Part shown: piece by piece, positions 1-9,700 of the stretch | Position numbering within the stretch: the first letter of the stretch is position 1 | How the letters are laid out: the number at the start of each line of letters is the position of its first letter | IMG/VR virus record: IMGVR_UViG_3300035698_018446 | From: an uncultured virus (IMG/VR IMGVR_UViG_3300035698_018446) | Taxonomy: Duplodnaviria > Heunggongvirae > Uroviricota > Caudoviricetes | Length of the DNA stretch: 20,000 nt | Strand: one strand, 5' to 3' | Notes under the pieces: model-generated | What the model saw: only the letters and a program-made list of their open reading frames with translations | Told to the model about the DNA's origin: nothing | The model's database searches: none | Made by a program: the position numbers and the translations under genes

Positions 1-2
1 TA

Positions 3-1778
3 TCCCCAAGACCTCTGCCGCCTACTTTGAACACCGTGTATTCTTCAAATGACTTTGTGGTCACACCTGTCCCTAAAGTAGGAGTCATCGCCGGAACAAA
101 CACCGTTGTTCTTGTAGTGCCAACGAACACCCTAACCTTTAATTTTGTGCTGTTTCCCGCAGACAGGGGTGTCTTGTCCGTAGATTTTGATCCTACTCTC
201 ACGGGTGCAGGATATCAATCTGTACAGGCTTTGGACCTCAGTGTTGTCTTTGTCGATGGATCGCCTCAAGCGGACACGGCTCCTTCAAGGCGTGTAGGGC
301 AGTTAGATTATGTTTCGGGATCCAATCTAGCGGCGTCTCTAGGTTTTTTACCTCAGAACACATCCTTAGTGGATAGACTACCCCGCTCTGAAGACTATGC
401 CCGCGCGAATTTCCCCTTCCTCGCGCCGGGTGTGAATCCTGTTTACCCCGCATACTCTGAAGGATTCACGGGTCAGCAGATCGCTCGCACCTCTATCCAG
501 ATGACCTTCGGTGTAGGGCAAAATGGCAGAGTCCGCGTTGTACAGTATAAGAGTAGGGCAGACTTCCAGCGGGCTCAGTCCAATCTTGTCTTTCAATCGT
601 GGGCTAATGTCGATTTCAGTGCGTCAGTCGGATTTTTCTTGGACACCACCGCAGTTCCCGTGGTCGTGACGGGATACACTTTCACCCCGAACAATACCGC
701 GAATTCTGCGGCAGTAGGTTTGAATAGACGCTTCCTCAGCGGTATTTTGCATTACGCGCCGAATGACACCTTCAACGTATCTTGGAACGGAACGGGCCTC
801 TACGCAAACACATACAGCTTTGAAGGCGCAGAAATCCAACGCGTAAGTGGTGACACCACAGCACCAACACCGATCTTCTACACAGATTACACGGTCTCGC
901 CAACCCCCTTAGCGAGTGATGTATCTTCTTACACAAACGCAGCTTTTATTTTCAGTAACGGAGCGGGGGGTGTCCGTTTAGCTCGTCCTGTAGTCAGAGC
1001 ATCGAAGCCTAATGGGTTTAGTAACAGCTCGACATATTTTGGTAGCACGATCCTCGTCCATGAGGGGAGCTTTCTCGCGCCGTCTTTTACGGAAGAGACG
1101 TTCAACACAGAAAGAGCGCGGTATGATTACCTTGATGATGCTGAACTCCCTTATTACCCCACGGGACAGGACTCGAATTGGGATGCTACAATCACGATAG
1201 CAAATCGGACGGAACTGCAAGTAAGGGCTTTGGATGTGACGAATCGGTTGAATTTAGGATATGGGGGAGGGGAGTTAACGTGGCCGGAATTTAATTATGG
1301 CTTGGGGCACTTCCCCACCACGAAGAACGGCGTAGCACCGCAGGAGAATTATTCAGTGGGCGGTCTAACGGTCTTCCCCGAAAGAGGGTATGTGCGAGCT
1401 TTCGATGCCGGATCTCCACGTCGAGAAGGTCGATTGAGGATCGATGGCACGTTTAAGATTTCTACCTATGTTTCTCTACTAGAAATGTTGATGGATGTTT
1501 CGGGCTCAGGAATCGAGATAGCACTGGCCGCGTCGGGGGCGAACTTAGTCTATTACTCTTCGATATTGCGGCCCTTATACGCGGGGGGGATTTACACAGA
1601 AATTGAAGAAATTAGCCCCAATTCCGTGGTCATATCTTACTTACTTCCCCATACTCCTCATCTAATTGGTGGTTTCTATCCCGTCACTCTTCAATTAGAG
1701 ATCACATCGGGATCGCAAGCTACAACGGGCGGGGCGAATTTTGGTGTGCAACGTCTTCTAATGTTACCCCCTCTATGA
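3..1778 (+). CDS. 5'-truncated phage virion structural protein (tail/baseplate region), function unknown
   Basis: The frame is open from position 3 (SPRPLPPTLNTVY...), so the listed TTG at 27 is probably not the real start. The protein is S/T/G/V/N/aromatic-rich with a beta-type composition and lies directly upstream of tail-like genes. It ends TGA-TGA. Confidence 0.55.
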   Translation, partial: SPRPLPPTLNTVYSSNDFVVTPVPKVGVIAGTNTVVLVVPTNTLTFNFVLFPADRGVLSVDFDPTLTGAGYQSVQALDLSVVFVDGSPQADTAPSRRVGQLDYVSGSNLAASLGFLPQNTSLVDRLPRSEDYARANFPFLAPGVNPVYPAYSEGFTGQQIARTSIQMTFGVGQNGRVRVVQYKSRADFQRAQSNLVFQSWANVDFSASVGFFLDTTAVPVVVTGYTFTPNNTANSAAVGLNRRFLSGILHYAPNDTFNVSWNGTGLYANTYSFEGAEIQRVSGDTTAPTPIFYTDYTVSPTPLASDVSSYTNAAFIFSNGAGGVRLARPVVRASKPNGFSNSSTYFGSTILVHEGSFLAPSFTEETFNTERARYDYLDDAELPYYPTGQDSNWDATITIANRTELQVRALDVTNRLNLGYGGGELTWPEFNYGLGHFPTTKNGVAPQENYSVGGLTVFPERGYVRAFDAGSPRREGRLRIDGTFKISTYVSLLEMLMDVSGSGIEIALAASGANLVYYSSILRPLYAGGIYTEIEEISPNSVVISYLLPHTPHLIGGFYPVTLQLEITSGSQATTGGANFGVQRLLMLPPL

Positions 1779-1805
1779 TGATGTTTTCTGGAACAGGAAG
1801 TGAAC

Positions 1806-4800
1806 ATGTCTGATATACTCAAGATCCAAAGCGGAGTTCTTTCCACCGATCCGAATCGCGATGAGGCCGCAGAGCCTTTATCTTCCCGCAATCAAGCGAT
1901 TCCTTCGGATATAGGCGCGCTCGTTTCCGGGGCAGGTGCTTTTCGTATTGTAGGCGATCTCACGCGCGCAGCCTTGTTCAACGACACCGCCCCCACAAAT
2001 CATCCTCAGCGCAATCGTAGACTCTCTCAGCAGCGTCTTGTCTACGGTGCGCGGGTCTGGGCGGAAGGTACGACAGGGACCTTCACAGGGCCTAGCGCGT
2101 TCAATACGAGCGGGGTGTCCGTCTCGGGCTTCCCCAATAGTCTTCGTCTCGTATTGACGAATACAGACACAGGCGCTCGATTAGGATCTTGGGCTATTTC
2201 GTCGATGGCTGGCACGACAATTAACACGATTCAAGCTGGAAGCATAGCTGGAAGCTACACTTGGCAACTCGTATCGCAGGATCCTGTGCCTCTGCTCGCT
2301 ATGCCTGTGAAAGATGGGTCCGCCGGGGGTGAGCTGGTGTATCTCACTGTCTTACCCTCGCGGTGGCCGATCGGTTCAGGGGAGAATCGCATTATTACAG
2401 GGGGCGCGCTCGCGGGGGCATCTCTTGTTTTGCCTTCTGGTCGTCTGAGGTTCACATTCACCCACGTCGTTGCTACACAGATATATCAAGTAGATGATAT
2501 TGTGTTTGTGGGCGCAGCAACAGCTCCCGGACAGGCGGGCGTGCGCGGGCGCGTAGATAGCGTGGTGTTCACACCGGGATTACCCAATACAGAGGTTTTG
2601 ACAATCGAGCCAATGTATGGAGAGGAGATCCCTCTTTATACTGTGAGTACCAATGTCGCAAAGCTAGGGCAAGTGCGCGATATCACTTCAAATCCTTACC
2701 AGTTGGTGTCTGGTATTTTTGTGTTCAATGATAAGAGATATCTTGAGGACATTAGAGTTTATCCTCTTTTATCTCCGGCCAATGGTCCTTCGATAGCGCA
2801 GACGGGATCCGCGATTACGTTGTTAGGTGAGGGCTCCTTGCCTTTCTCAGGGGATAAGGAAGCAGGATATGGCTTGGTGCTGTATCCCGCGACCGTTTTA
2901 GGAACACCCGATCTGAATCTCCCGATCACGAACTTCGCAGATGTCAAGATCAATCCAAGTCTGCTAGTCACCCAAACGGTGACGGTGGATTATGCTCAAG
3001 GCGCGGTGATCTTGTCTCACCCTATCCCCGCCACGGGGGGAGACTTGAACCCAAATAGCTATGTGGCTCCAGATGGGACACGTCGTCTCTTTGCGGTCTT
3101 TGTGGCATACAACAGGAGCTACGCACCCGAGAGTGTCCGATCTCTCCACGCGGACAGTCCTCTTACAGGCGCTACAATCAAGTATGAGCCGCAAGATCTT
3201 GTGTACCCACTGGCGGAGCTTATCAATCGTGTATCGGGTTGGGTGGTGCGCCCCGATGCCAAACAAGATTATCATGTCGATTTTAGCACACAGAGCGCGA
3301 CTCTTCCCGCGATAGGGATTACGGCGGACAATGCTCTTGTGCCCAATCAATCCCCGCAGCTCCTTTTCCAGAGAAGATCACAAGATTTACCGCTTACAGG
3401 CATTGCGGCGATTGGTTACGGACCTACTGAAGATTCGAGTCTATTCGACTCAGGAAGTCCTGTACAACAGTTAGTTCTCGTACCTTCGGGTCAGGGTCCA
3501 ATTATCAACACGCTCATCGGAGGAGGTGCCGGGTTAGATCGAGGAGCGTATATGACTCTATCTGAGGGGTGGAAGGATCTTGAATTCACAATCCCTCTCC
3601 TCACAGTAGCCGGGACGATCAATTTCTATATGAACGATTTTGAAGTCCTGATCACGATTCCTCCCGCCCTGTTTCTCAACCCCACCTCGTTTCAAGCGAC
3701 GCTCCTTGCTGGCATCTCCACTGCGGCCACTTTGGCGGGCCGCACACAAGTTCTGGGCGAAGATTTTTTTATGACCGTGACTCCCTTGCAGACTGTGGTT
3801 TTGTCTGTGCGGGATGTTTTAGTGACAAGGGCGGGAATCAATCAGGGTCAGTTTGGAATCCCCTCTAATCGCCGCATTGAAGCCTTGGGCGTCTTCCAGA
3901 GTGTGTATAGTACGCTTGTGGGAAGCTCTACCAAGTCCACGTGGGATTACAATGTGCGCGACGGGAAAGGCCGCAATGCAACATGGCGGGGAGAAGATGT
4001 GCAGATCCGCTCAGGCGCCTCCCTCGCGGGCGTGGGCGAGTCTTTTGAGCAGTCTTACTCCAATCTCGTATTAAATGTATCCGGTCCCTTGACCTATTCT
4101 GGAGATCAGGTCTTCACACCGGATTTGGTGTGTTACACGACGGTACAAGAAGCTGGTGTTGATGTTGTTCGCATCGTCAACATCAAAAGCAGTTTTGCAA
4201 GTTTCACAGGTTCCGGGGCGGGCTTGTACCATGTTTATTGGAATCGGACGACTGAGTTAGTAAGCATCATCTTGGATGCTTTGGTGGTTGATAAAACCTT
4301 CGACACGGGCATCAATCAAGGCGTCCCCATTGCGCGTATCTTCTTTGATGGCTCCGTTGTAGGGAGCCTTCAGACTGCTCTGGCTTTTAGCCGCAATTTA
4401 AAAAGTAATCAGCCCTTGACTGTCGGGATCGGAGGTATGTTCGAGACGATTCAAGCGGCTTGTTACTGGATCGAATCTAGGGATTCCGTGACTCGAACTA
4501 TTCATCTTGTTTCTGACATCATAGCGGATGCTTTGTACGGAGGTAGCGCCTACTTGCCCAACGGCGTCACAATCGAGGGGAATGGTCATACAGTAACTTG
4601 TTCCAACTTTCTCAACACATCTTTTGCACCCTTGTTCTACTTGCGCGAGTTAAGCACAAATGTAGCGACAAGAGACATCACGATTCAGAATATTCGCTTT
4701 GTTTTCGATGATGTGGTAGATCAATCCATTCTCGCACTCTTTTTCGATAATTCCATAGCGGGACCACCCGCCACATCTTCAAATCGTGTCACAATTTCTA

Positions 4801-6137
4801 ATGTGTACTACAATGGGTCAGGCGTTCAGCAGAATGGAATGGTTACTGTGGTGGCTGGTTTATATCCGCTTGAAGTGTTTGTAAAAGATTCCACATTTCA
4901 AGGACTGGGATTGGTTTCCAACGGATTTACAGGTTGTGATGTTTTGGTCATGGATAACTGCAATTTCCAAAACATTTCAGGAAACTCGGCTGGGACATCT
5001 TCTCTTGTAGGGCTCACTTTAGGGGATCGCATCTTTCTCAAAAATGTTCGAATGAATTCCATATCGTCTTTGACAAATTCTTGTGGATTTGTGAGAAATG
5101 ATGGTGCAGGCGTGACAAGTGGATGTGAGATCCGTATTGACAATTGTAGAGTGGATACTTCTTTTGTGGATGCGATTCAATTGAACAATACGACGGTCAC
5201 GGCGAGAACACAGCTAGCGATCAAGGGCTCTTACTTCACTACGGAAAATCAGGCTCAGAACTATATCGGTGGTGTAACTCGTCGCGTCTTTTCTCAAATT
5301 GAGGATACGAGCTTCTTGAGGTCTTCAGTGTCTCTGACTCCTAGCGCCGGGTTCATTTTGTCGGATCACACTGGAGGCGGTGAGGTTTCGAGTTGGACTT
5401 TCGACAATTGCAGAATTGCTAACGCGAGCTTTGCAGTAACGTCTTATCCCGGCCTTAGCGTGAGCATGAATGATGTGACTTGCGAGCAAGAAACAAACAT
5501 CAACGTGAGTGCAGGGACGGGGCCTTGCAAGATTGTAATGAAAGGTACTTCATGGACAGAAGGCATTATGACTTTCAATGGCGCCACGGTCTTTTTAACT
5601 GATACGGTTGTGTCAAACACGACAACGGTTCTGCTATCGCCCACTCTTCAGTTCAATAGTTGCAATCTGTCTGTAAAAGGTCTACGCATCACAAAGACTA
5701 CAACGGATTCTCAAGCATGTGTGCGATTCCGTGGAGCAAGCCGTGCAGAGTTGTCTAATGTACAGTTGACTCATGGTAATGGCGCGACGGGAACATCTTC
5801 TGGAATCGTGATAAACTCGGACGCTTCGTTCACGCATCTTCTTGTGAACAATATCGCGATGACCTATGTGGGCTCGGGTGCTTCCGCGATTGTTTCAGGC
5901 TTTGCTTTCCTGAGCCCCCTAGTCCTGACGGATCTTTATCTCACCTTGACAGGGTTTGTTTTCCGTGGATATCCTCTCCAGTCCGGCAACTCCACAGCGC
6001 TGCGCTTGGCCGCTAACTGGCGAGCTTTTACGATTGGATCTGGATTCACATTCTCATTAGCACCTACGTCCAATTTTTTTGCCTTTGCTACCCCTACGGA
6101 TTACTATCTCGAAACCTCCGCCCGCTTCCTGAGCTGA
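1806..6137 (+). CDS. Large tail fibre/tail spike-like protein with C-terminal right-handed beta-helix (pectin-lyase-like; putative receptor binding or depolymerase)
   Basis: About 1443-1445 aa (GTG 1800, or ATG 1806 after AGGAAG). From 4416, LTVGIGGMFETIQAA...YLPNGVTIEGNGHTV is a typical beta-helix cap. It is followed by rung-like repeats (ITIQNIRF, VTISNVYY, VMDNCNFQN, IRIDNCRV, WTFDNCRI, AELSNVQL). The N-terminal part has a VDYAQGAVIL segment typical of tail proteins. Confidence 0.75.
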   Translation: MSDILKIQSGVLSTDPNRDEAAEPLSSRNQAIPSDIGALVSGAGAFRIVGDLTRAALFNDTAPTNHPQRNRRLSQQRLVYGARVWAEGTTGTFTGPSAFNTSGVSVSGFPNSLRLVLTNTDTGARLGSWAISSMAGTTINTIQAGSIAGSYTWQLVSQDPVPLLAMPVKDGSAGGELVYLTVLPSRWPIGSGENRIITGGALAGASLVLPSGRLRFTFTHVVATQIYQVDDIVFVGAATAPGQAGVRGRVDSVVFTPGLPNTEVLTIEPMYGEEIPLYTVSTNVAKLGQVRDITSNPYQLVSGIFVFNDKRYLEDIRVYPLLSPANGPSIAQTGSAITLLGEGSLPFSGDKEAGYGLVLYPATVLGTPDLNLPITNFADVKINPSLLVTQTVTVDYAQGAVILSHPIPATGGDLNPNSYVAPDGTRRLFAVFVAYNRSYAPESVRSLHADSPLTGATIKYEPQDLVYPLAELINRVSGWVVRPDAKQDYHVDFSTQSATLPAIGITADNALVPNQSPQLLFQRRSQDLPLTGIAAIGYGPTEDSSLFDSGSPVQQLVLVPSGQGPIINTLIGGGAGLDRGAYMTLSEGWKDLEFTIPLLTVAGTINFYMNDFEVLITIPPALFLNPTSFQATLLAGISTAATLAGRTQVLGEDFFMTVTPLQTVVLSVRDVLVTRAGINQGQFGIPSNRRIEALGVFQSVYSTLVGSSTKSTWDYNVRDGKGRNATWRGEDVQIRSGASLAGVGESFEQSYSNLVLNVSGPLTYSGDQVFTPDLVCYTTVQEAGVDVVRIVNIKSSFASFTGSGAGLYHVYWNRTTELVSIILDALVVDKTFDTGINQGVPIARIFFDGSVVGSLQTALAFSRNLKSNQPLTVGIGGMFETIQAACYWIESRDSVTRTIHLVSDIIADALYGGSAYLPNGVTIEGNGHTVTCSNFLNTSFAPLFYLRELSTNVATRDITIQNIRFVFDDVVDQSILALFFDNSIAGPPATSSNRVTISNVYYNGSGVQQNGMVTVVAGLYPLEVFVKDSTFQGLGLVSNGFTGCDVLVMDNCNFQNISGNSAGTSSLVGLTLGDRIFLKNVRMNSISSLTNSCGFVRNDGAGVTSGCEIRIDNCRVDTSFVDAIQLNNTTVTARTQLAIKGSYFTTENQAQNYIGGVTRRVFSQIEDTSFLRSSVSLTPSAGFILSDHTGGGEVSSWTFDNCRIANASFAVTSYPGLSVSMNDVTCEQETNINVSAGTGPCKIVMKGTSWTEGIMTFNGATVFLTDTVVSNTTTVLLSPTLQFNSCNLSVKGLRITKTTTDSQACVRFRGASRAELSNVQLTHGNGATGTSSGIVINSDASFTHLLVNNIAMTYVGSGASAIVSGFAFLSPLVLTDLYLTLTGFVFRGYPLQSGNSTALRLAANWRAFTIGSGFTFSLAPTSNFFAFATPTDYYLETSARFLS

Positions 6138-6149
6138 TGAGAAAATCAC

Positions 6150-6758
6150 ATGTACTATCTAATCGAAAATAAGACCTCTCGTGTTCTCGCCTCCAATCTT
6201 CCACGCATTGACGCTATCCCGGTACAGGGTTTTCGTGTCTTTACTGTGGAAGATAATGTTCCAATTGATGAAGAGATCAATCCACCGCTCAATGCTATGG
6301 AGTTGGCGCAGCAGAACTATGAAGGTCTTTTAGCGTTCAACCCTCAATATGCGTACACCACCTATGACGATTTGTCTTCGGAGACATCATGGAACATCTC
6401 TGCTCTCAACACGCGTGGCGCTGTTGGGGATGGAAACACATGGCTAGCTTCTACCACGGGATTGCTTCAAACACAGTCTGTCATTGCGGGAACCGCTTTT
6501 GATAGGGGTAAGATGTTCTGGAGCGTGTATGAAATGAGCATCACAGATAGTGGCCCTCTTCAAAGAAATCTCCATTTTAATCCTTTAATGCCAGACGCTA
6601 TACAGGTGTCTATATCCAATGATGGCGGCACCTCTTTTGTTGCTACTCCCTATGGTGTGGAGTTTATTTTAGGGGGATTGGGGAATCAAATCGTGGTGCG
6701 CTTTGAAAACCCCAATGTGGGTCGTGTGTATCTTGGGCATTTTGGACTTGTGTATTGA
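6150..6758 (+). CDS. Hypothetical virion-associated protein (202 aa)
   Basis: Clean ORF tightly packed between two large structural genes. It contains an Asp-box-like SNDGGTSF motif and a beta-rich C-terminal half. Confidence 0.55.
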   Translation: MYYLIENKTSRVLASNLPRIDAIPVQGFRVFTVEDNVPIDEEINPPLNAMELAQQNYEGLLAFNPQYAYTTYDDLSSETSWNISALNTRGAVGDGNTWLASTTGLLQTQSVIAGTAFDRGKMFWSVYEMSITDSGPLQRNLHFNPLMPDAIQVSISNDGGTSFVATPYGVEFILGGLGNQIVVRFENPNVGRVYLGHFGLVY

Positions 6759-6772
6759 CAGAGGGATAAGTC

Positions 6773-9700
6773 ATGGCAGAGTTTTTCGGAAATGGCGTGA
6801 GCAGAACCCTCAACGCAAATTCACGTCAGTTTGGTGAAGTGGTGTGGCAGAAAAATCGCCCACCTCTGGACTCAGAATTCAACCTTGTTTCACAGGTTCA
6901 AGAAGAAGCGCGTCGGCTTCTTCTTCTGTCTAATACACCTTCGGGATTCATTACAACATCTTCTCACCCCAAGCTCGATTTTCAATGTAATGCGCTCGCA
7001 TCGAATTTGTTTTGGTTGGGGGGCAATTTGCCCGGCGATATCCCCAAAGCAATCGTGAATGGTTGGGTTATCCCCGTAACAGGCACCTTATGGTCCGTAG
7101 ATAGCAGGGCCGCAATTAAGCTCCCGCCCCCTTCAGCGCCTTCTCAAGAGGGGGACGTGAACTTCGTCTTTCTGGAGGTGTGGCAAGCTCTCGTCGCTGC
7201 GAATGGGACGGTGAACAAACCTGCTGAAGATTCTTTATGGCCCTTTGGTAATGTGGAATACGGAGGTCCGTTATTACCAAACGACCTTTTAGATCCCGCT
7301 ATCCTTTTGGAGACTTCACGTCGAGTACAGATTCAATATCGTATTCGTGTGATCTCTCGTACCAATCTAGCCGTATACCCTAATGGCTTCAATCCTTCTA
7401 TGCGCGCTCAGGGACCCTTGGCTGCACAGATAGCCAGTGCGTCTCCTTTGTATCAGTACCAGAACATGCGCAATGAGCTGGGTGACGCAGGGCTCTGGCG
7501 CGCGGGGGATGGCAATGGTACCGGGGGGCTCTTGCAGACTGTAGATGGTTATGTCTATGCGATCCCTATCTGCGCGGTGTTTCGTCGAAGCACAGGAACC
7601 TGGGGGGTATTGAATCAGCAGCATGACGTGGCACAGAATCGTAATCCCGCCATGACGAGTCGTCTCAATGCTTCGGTGTTGGCTGATGTGACTTTGGCGG
7701 CAGACGTGTTACCAACATCGACGGTACTCACCACAGTGATCGCGCGCGTAGACACAACTTTTCCTGCAACAGGATTCCTGCGGGTGGGTCAAGAGATCAT
7801 TGGGTATTCTTCGTGGAACTCCACGACGATTACGGTGAGTCAACGCGGGGCAAAGGGCACTCAAGCTAGCACACACAGATTAGGGGCTCATGTTTGTTTC
7901 GTGACATCTAACCCCCTTTCTTTGTATTCGGATCAGATCGTGCCTGAAGACGTGTATGATCTTAGACCTTCTGTGAATCTGAAAGGGCATGATCATCAAG
8001 GTGTATTGCGTCACAATTTGGATCGCCTCTTAAATGGTACGCTAGCGTCAGCATGGAAGCGATCTGAAGCAAACATGAAGGGAACTCTACACTTTCAGGT
8101 AGACTACTTATCTCAAAGCATCCCAGCCCCCAATGGAACGCTAGAAGGTGATGCGCCCGACGGTTTCCGTAAGATTTTTAGTGATGCCGCTGCTTTACAG
8201 CCTGACAACCTCATGATCTTAGGTCTGGCTCAGACGGCGAACACTTCGGATCTCACGTTCAATCCTACCGCTCAGATCAAGCGCACCATCGCGTTGCAAT
8301 GGAATCGCGGTGACATCGTGCGGGTACCTCTTGATCAATATCGCCAAACATTCAAGTCCGCTGCGAATGAAAAAGTGCGCTTCGTGCATCCTTTAGAGTA
8401 CGGAGACCTAGATCATGATCCCGTGCGTGTGTGGTGGGGCAATACCGATGTGCAGAATCCTTCTACCTTATTGCAAAATCAAGTGGGGTATGAGGCGCTT
8501 CCTTTTATGGGGGCGGGAAGAGTCTTTACCGTTCTTGGGGAAATTCCTTCGGGGCTCACAGTACCCTCAGAAGGGCTAACTACACCTCTCCAATTCTCGG
8601 CGCCAAATAGGCTATCAGTGGGCGGTGTGGATTTTTCACAGATCATACCTTCGCAAGGTGTGACTGTGGCCGCCTATCTCGCAAGCATTGGGGCTTGGAT
8701 CGCTGCGGGCGATGACAATCCCACAGCGATCAATCCCGCGAACCACGGCGCTTGGCGTATCCTAGGGACCGATGGGTTCACAGGTCTTCTGGTACAAAAT
8801 CAAGATGGATCTTCGCCGGGTTTCGTGACCACGCTCAACATCCGGGACTGGTATTTGCGCTTAGAGTCTTGCACGGAGTTGGATACAGAATTGCTTGTCG
8901 TCTTGACAGGTGTTCCTTCAGTGCCCGCTCCTTACAGCTTGGCGAGTACGATGTCCGTGACCTACGATCTTTTGTACCATGCGTCACAGGGGCTTGCACG
9001 TTGTCCAGAAGCAGGTTTGTTTACGCGCGTAGAGACACCAAACGCTTCTGTGACGAATTATCTAAGAGAGTTGTCTTTTGCGGATAAGGCAACGGCGACA
9101 ACAGCGACCGTGAGAGATTTTCCGAGCAATCCTTTCTCCACGCTTTTTGTTGGAACTCGTGAGCCATTTCCCCCCCGCGTAACGCGTGGTCTTTCGGATG
9201 GTCCCGACAAAACATGGGGAGAAGCTTATGTTGACAAGCAGTCCAAGACGCTTCTTTTCCAGCCCGTGCGCCGCATACAGGCAGCGCTCACCCCGCGCAA
9301 TCTCAATACGCCCGCTCCTTTTGCCGCTGCGATAGGAATACCTGATTTCAATTTAGTAGCTGGTGCGCCTTCGTACTATATCTCAAAAGATATCTTGGCG
9401 AGAAAGGGGCGGATAGAGATCCCCTTCGTCAAGATTCGCAACACGCTGGCGACCGATCCGCCTTTCGGCATGAATTTCTTGTTCCAGCTTGGAGGGGGCC
9501 AGAATTCTACGGCTCTCGCTCCAAACCCTCGCCTGACGTTGCAGCGGGTACTGGTGGCGTACAATCCCGGATCAGCTGTGGTGTTTGGCGCATATGTCCC
9601 CCTTTCTTCTTATGGGGGGAATGCCTTATCTGTTCCCGCGCTCGCGTGCAGGAGGTATCAGAAAGAGGGGGTGTCTGGGTTTGAGCTACCAGCTCATTAT

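Noticed and set aside
2235..2257. Short tandem repeat AGCTGGAAGC x2
   Set aside because: There are only two copies, encoding AGSI-AGSY. It is not an array or a DGR repeat.
1776..6140. Stop-codon reassignment or readthrough suggested by TGA-TGA ends at 1776-1781 and 6135-6140
   Set aside because: The standard code gives near-complete coding density with very long ORFs. TGA, TAG and TAA all end genes at sensible boundaries, and tandem stops argue against readthrough.
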